Assembly: GCF_964355755.1 (NCBI RefSeq)
Contig: NC_092670.1
Location: forward strand, 35,204,388-35,268,387
From: Antedon mediterranea
Taxonomy: Eukaryota; Animalia; Echinodermata
Length of the DNA: 64,000 nucleotides
Direction of reading: 5' to 3'
The notes beneath the pieces are model-generated. The model was not told the DNA's origin and ran no database searches. It saw nothing but the letters and a program-made list of their open reading frames with translations. The position numbers and the translations under genes were made by a program. Shown in pieces: positions 57,898 through 64,000 of the stretch (the first letter of the stretch is position 1; every line of letters begins with the position of its first letter).

Positions 57898-60800
57898 AGT
57901 CACACACGTTTTCTGGGCTTGGCCTAAGTCCAAACTGGGTGAAAGTTCACTAGTCAATGTCGAGACGAGTATCATTGCGTCGAAGCGACCGATTCCCCAA
58001 AGGACTCATGTACAAAGCAGAACAGCGGATGTATATTAAGTTAATCCGTAGGTAAATCGGCCAATCATTAGAGTCTGTGATTTCAGCGTGACGAAATAAT
58101 AACTGATCTCTTTTTTGTTGATACTGCTTTTATAACGTCTTTTTAATTCCCTGTAAGTGGGCTCTGTTAAGATTAAGAGTTTGGCAGTTTTAGTAAGTTT
58201 ACCGGTTGCCTTTGGATAAAGTCTGGACAATGATTTCCGTTAGGGTAGGTCTGAATAATTTAAACATGAGATTGTGAAGATCCTATTGAACGCAGTTGGT
58301 TTATTTTACGTAATAATCCAATAGCGAATATCAACCACTGCGATCTACATTTGATCTTGATATAATTTTTGTAAATGTTTTTTTGCAGTGCAAAATAAAT
58401 CGTGAGTTATTTAACGGCATTTTCTATGAAATAAAAATAATACAATGTTTTACCCAAGAGACTTTAAAGGACAATAATTTATATATTAACTAGCCAGTCA
58501 TTAATTAACAACAACAAACACGATGACCAACGTAATCATGCATGAGCATTAACAATTTGCCATCAGTGTCTAAATGAACTCTCATTTTCTCGATTAATAG
58601 AACAAACATTTAAATAGTTGCAAAAGTAGATGTAATGATACAGTTAAATAGGCCTATAATTTGTTCAGGTCTTTTTGTACTAATTGTATGTTATGGTGTA
58701 ACCACACTGTAAAAACTATAACATCTCTGGAGGTGTGCTATAACAACTCATTGAGAATGTTGCTAGGCTCACCTAAGCACTGTATTGCTTGTAAGTAAGT
58801 TTGCCACGAGTAGAATTCCCTCTTTTTATGAGCATTTACGCAAGTGCGTCTATGGTTTTAGAATAAGAGTTTTGAATATTGAAAATTTTCTTGTTAGGTG
58901 TCCTACGAACTATTTGTTACAATCTTCAAATCTCTTCACTAATGGGAGAAAATCCTATTTTAGTGTGATGTTTCGTTTTGTATTGTTTTTTGTATATATT
59001 GAATATGTATTATCAAATAAAGTAGGCCTAATCAATCAATCAATATTCTTTTTTTTTATCTTTTCCAAAAATTCATGACGTAATTTTTAGTTCCCGTGGT
59101 GTCTGGTTAAGTTTCAGCAATGTTGTTACGCATTGGCATTTATTTGCAAAAAAAAAAAGAAAAATGCCGAGCTTAGGTAGGCCTATACGTCATGTGCGTG
59201 CAATGCGCGTTGGGAAAATTATTTTAATTAAAGTCAAAGGTTTAATCAATAAAATCTTTTAGATTTAATTATGGGGTAAATAAACTCCAACATACTTTAA
59301 CACTTAAATTAAATTGGATTTATTTTTATTGCGCATAATGTATTCACGTCCCACGTCTGATGAAGATATTAGCAAGTAATCTTTTTGATAAGCTTATTAA
59401 TACATTTGTTAATGAATATTAATGGTATGATTAAACTTGATGTATTAATCAAATGACACATGACTCTCCTATTTAAAGCTCTGTCTACACTTTCAAACAA
59501 AAATGTGATGTGCTTAAATATGGCAGTGGTATGACCAAATATGGTAGTGATATGACATCATCATGTCAATATGGGCACATCACATTTTTTGTCACATAAA
59601 GTTTGATAGTGTAGACTTAATGTTTCACGCGTATTCATTCGGTGCGATAATTGTTATCGAATTACATTTTTGGGTTTATGATTAATTTTGGATTCAAGTT
59701 ATTAAAAAACAGCTTTATTTCATTTTACGTTTCTAAATTCTTACTTGAAGAATTGCAATTAGTTATATTGTTGTTTGAATTACAACTATTTATGTTTTCC
59801 ACATACGGTTACATAAGTAACGTGTGAGATTTATATTTGTTGTGGTCGTGATAATAATAATAATAATACGTCAAAACCAAACAACACCCATTTTATGCGG
59901 TAAATGTTAAGATGTATACCCTTGAAGTAAGTTGATATGCAATAATATAAATACACTTGGGAAAGGAGAACCAAATGAATTGGTTTGACCAATACCGATA
60001 CAGTCGAAGAAATCCCGCAAATTCAATAACCAGCGCGTCGAATAACCAGCGCGTCGAATAAACGCCGCTGTCAAATATATACCGAATTACTGCCGCTCTG
60101 TAACTTTACTGTCCAATAAACATCGCAATTACATAGTAGTTTAGTCGATTACGCACCGCTGTCAATATGTAAAATGTATTTTTTGTTTCTACAAAACTAT
60201 ATAGTAAACTGGATCGGACTTAATGTGACCTATTAAGAATGAATGTCACGGCAGTTTACTTGCAGACGTTGTCTCACATTCATCCCTCGTCTGCTACAGA
60301 TCATCACGACGATCTTCTGAGCCTGTAGTCTTCCTGCGCCCCAAGGTTAGGGTAGTTACTGCCAAGTACCGAGACCATAGATTAACCATCAACACTGCGA
60401 AGCACACCACCCAGCACACAACCCTTAATGTAGATTCTAGGCATAGACACGGTTAAATGCACCGGCTTACGCGCCGGCTTACTTCCACTTACTTCCCATT
60501 TAACTAGACTTTCCCATAGGATCAAAATCGCATATCCTCCTAGACGGTTCATTTTAAATAAAATTGATGTAATAACGAAAGTACTCAATTTCTCGTGAAT
60601 CAATTATTGTATAATGTTGAGTGACATTAAAGATATATATTAGAACATGCATTAAACCAATTAGACACTAATCCGTATGAAGACAATTACAAGTTATGTT
60701 TCGAGTTTAACTTTTGTAACACGTGTTAAACTTGACAGAGACTCGCCTCTGTTATGCATGTAGTCTTTTTCACGCTTAGGCCCCACATTATCAAACTAGT

Positions 60801-60984
60801 TTGACAAAAAAAGTTTGATGTGCCCAAATATGGTAGTAATACGACATCACCGTGTCCATATGGGCACATCACATTTTGTTGCCGCTTAAAGTGTAATAGC
60901 GTATAGACTGAACTTTAGAGTTTACGCATCTAGTAGCGTATCCAATATTTTGAAATAAGGCGAGGGGGCTTTGAGGTGCTGAAC

Positions 60985-61322
60985 TTAAAGATTTATTGTC
61001 CCCCTGAAACAATAATTCTTAAACATTTTTATGCTGCATATGACATTTAATGTCACCTAATAGTTATCCACTTTGACCAAAAATTGAATCGAAAATGAAA
61101 TGTATTTACCTAAAAACCTGTAATTTAAAGCAAAAAAATTGTCAAATTGGCTGCCAGATTTTTGGATGGATTTAACCATTTTATTTTGTCATTTTTAAAA
61201 ATAATTTTTTCCGTTTTCTTTCTACGGAAGTGATTAACTATATTAAAATAAAAAATAATATATTTAAAGTCTGATTTAATTAAACTGTATTTTTCATTTT
61301 TTGGTGGTCAACACATCTTTAA
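60985..61322. mobile_element. TTAA-flanked MITE (TTAA|AGAT...ATCT|TTAA, Kolobok-like)
   Basis: ttaaagatttattgtccccctgaaa ... acacatctttaa. Related copies at ~37913-38212, 43808-44120, 11215-11383 and 57390-57550. Confidence 0.65.
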
Positions 61323-64000
61323 CCTAATGTACTATCTTTTGCATTTTTTCCTACTCCTTCAGCCCATGGTATTATCTATCTCTAAACAGTATTATATTTT
61401 AAAGCGTTACTCTCTTTCCGTTTTACATTAATACACTAATTAATATTAAGACATAGGCATTTTTCGTTGAAATCCTTACTTGTGGATGGTTACGGTACAA
61501 AATCATCATGTAGAATTGGAACGCCAGCTTCATGTTTACACAATATGTAGAATTTACACGACAAATGTATTAGTCTCATCGATAGTGATAATGTATTATA
61601 ATGTGACAGATAGAATACCATCCTGAGATGAGAGCGCCTTTATTAATTACTCACCCCTTATGTGGTCTAATTATACGTCATTTTGGTATTTTCCATGGAT
61701 CAGAAATTCTGAAATAAAAGATTGAATTGAATTGAATTTTTATCCAGACAGGGATAATTGTGTAATATTTTGTATATAATAAACATTATGTAGTTTAATT
61801 CACATTAAACACAATCTTGTTTTGTTAGGTAGACCAACAAATGATAATGTTAATGTCAAAACACTGTTTTACAATCCATCCCTTGCGTCTACTAAACAGT
61901 ATTTTCGATGAAAAAAATATGTTCAAATAAATGAGGAATTATTGTGCAGATTGACTTTAAAATCCTAGTTTAAATTTTGTTAATATATCATTAATTAAAA
62001 ACCTTTAACATAGGATAAGTGTAATGTGACTGAGTGATAGACCTACTGAAAATCAATATTAGTTCAACATACATCACGGTATATAATGATTGTTTACATT
62101 TATTAGGCCTGTTTTCTATGCGCGAATCGAACATTTCTTGAGTTCTGATTGGTTGCGCATTTTTTGACGTCACAAAAAGTAGAAAACATTGATAATACTC
62201 ATGCGCATTAGTTAACACTTTCGATTAGTGCGAATAAATTCGCCTAGTGAAAAACCGGCTTTACTTACGGGGTCAACTAGGATTTCTAGCGAGGTGCAGA
62301 CATACATTGTATTTTCAAAGAAAAGAAGATTTTTTTTAAAGTTAACAAACTTATTTCTCAATACTTAAAGTATTCGACTTAAGCATGGGCGCATCGTGTC
62401 AGTGTATCTTTTTATTTGATTGGTTTATTTCGTATGACGTGCCTTTTAGTACTATAGTTTTAAAATGTTCTATTAAACGGTTCTATTGCATGATCAGCTT
62501 TAATTTTAAACCTGCAACGTGAATTACTGGAGAACTGAGCGATGTAATTAGTTCCCCTACTTGTCTTCATGTTTGGTTATCTTTGAAATATTTTATGGAT
62601 AATTTTTGTGTGTACATCGCTTAGAAACATTGCGCTATACAAGACTGCTATTATTACTATTATCATTTTCAATGTTTCTGGTATCCAAAATGGATTATTA
62701 GGTAAATCTGTTTTCAGGATGTCCTTTGTCTACATTGTGACGTTAATATCTACCAATACGACCTTCGCCTTCTTGTCTAGTGTCATCACCTTTCCAATAG
62801 GAGACACCCATTTCATTATTTTCTTAAAGCTCTGTCTACACTATCAAACTTTACAAAACAAATGTGATATGCCATTATATGGAGATGATGTCATATCACT
62901 ACCATATTTTTGCATATCACTACCAAAATTGGGTACATCCCACACTTTTTGTCAAACTAGTTTGATAGTGTAGACAGTGCTTAGAAATATAATATTATAT
63001 AGACGTTTAATACAGTTTGGACAGTTTAAAAAAAAAGATCACAATATACATTCATTCCCACGATTAGGAAGTTTCGATTTAGTTTAGATAACAAACACCC
63101 CGACCGCAATTCAAATGCCTTGTGTGTTGCATTCTTTATTAATAATAATGATAATGTCGTAAGTTCAACAAGTCAATGAAGTAGGCAAACGAATAGTTTA
63201 ATTATTGGAAGAAATAGAACAGTGTAAATTACCGTATTATTATTACACGTATTATATTTAGTATAGTACGGTATTTTGCCATATAGGCCTAATGTATATA
63301 TTTTTTATTTTGACATAATTTACTCGATATATAAATGTTATTTCTTATAGTGTATTTTTCCTAAACTTCAATGCATTTTGCAATACAATTATGTATTTTT
63401 TATAGAATTATTTTTATTGTTGTTTACCCGCAAATTATTTTTGTTTTAAATAAGTAAACAACATTTGAAAAAAACATAAATGTGCACACTATAATTATTG
63501 AGGCTGTTATATGCCTATACGTCTAAATTTATCATAACATATCAAAATACTAAATGTTGAAAACGTAAATAAAAGTTATTTATGTAACTACTCTACTTTT
63601 GCGCGGCAAGAACAATTAAAAAAAATCACCTGTCCGAATTTACTTTTTAAAGTTGATTTTAAAATATGGTAATGAGATGGCTGTTATTAGGTGACATTAG
63701 GGACGACAACCTTTGAATTGTCACGTTTATCCGAAATGAATATATAACACTGGATTATACTAATCTATATGCAGTAATTTTCACATTATAGGATTAAACA
63801 GTTCAAATTTATAAAATTTACGAATAATGATAGTGTCACTTGATAAAAAAATTTGTAAATTAATAATACAGATTGCATTAATATATTGAAATTGAAATCT
63901 TTAGGGACATAATATTTAATATAAGAAATATGATGACATTGCGATGGCCGTTTCGGGTTGTTCGAGAGATTATTAAAAATGTTTTCTTGCAATTTTCAGG

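Noticed and set aside
57900-64000. Short ORFs in the last 6 kb (e.g. 62608-62973, 58785-59078)
   Set aside because: They overlap MITE/SINE sequence or low-complexity AT-rich DNA. I found no splice-consistent exon chain or recognisable domain.

Overview
AT-rich, intron-rich animal genomic DNA, not prokaryotic. The Deu/Nin-core and CORE SINEs and the Link-module genes suggest an invertebrate deuterostome, possibly an echinoderm (inference). Reading splice sites by hand gives four gene regions. (1) The 3' eleven coding exons of ZMYND11/BS69 (PHD-bromo-PWWP-coiled coil-MYND, + strand, 309-14640). (2) A complete 13-exon FTCD gene (+, 18448-29074, 545 aa). (3) A minus-strand tandem family of small secreted proteins built as signal peptide - coiled coil - CxC - single Link (X-link) module: three intact genes, one MITE-disrupted pseudogene and one upstream-region remnant (30260-46220). 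(4) A secreted ~830-aa protein with 13 coding exons joining a Sib/'integrin beta-like' HFRGG N-terminus and Ig/cadherin-like repeats to a C-terminal ZP module (-, 49069-56594). Introns are full of MITEs, SINEs, a LINE fragment and nested insertions. The most unusual structures are the coiled coil-Link family, whose paralog differences cluster in the predicted ligand-binding half; the Sib-like/ZP fusion; and four copies of a ~940-bp foldback element inserted at two TA sites 10 bp apart, forming a tandem trimer plus a ~1.9-kb palindrome whose spacer is host DNA. Most ORFs in the supplied track are spurious or partial exons.
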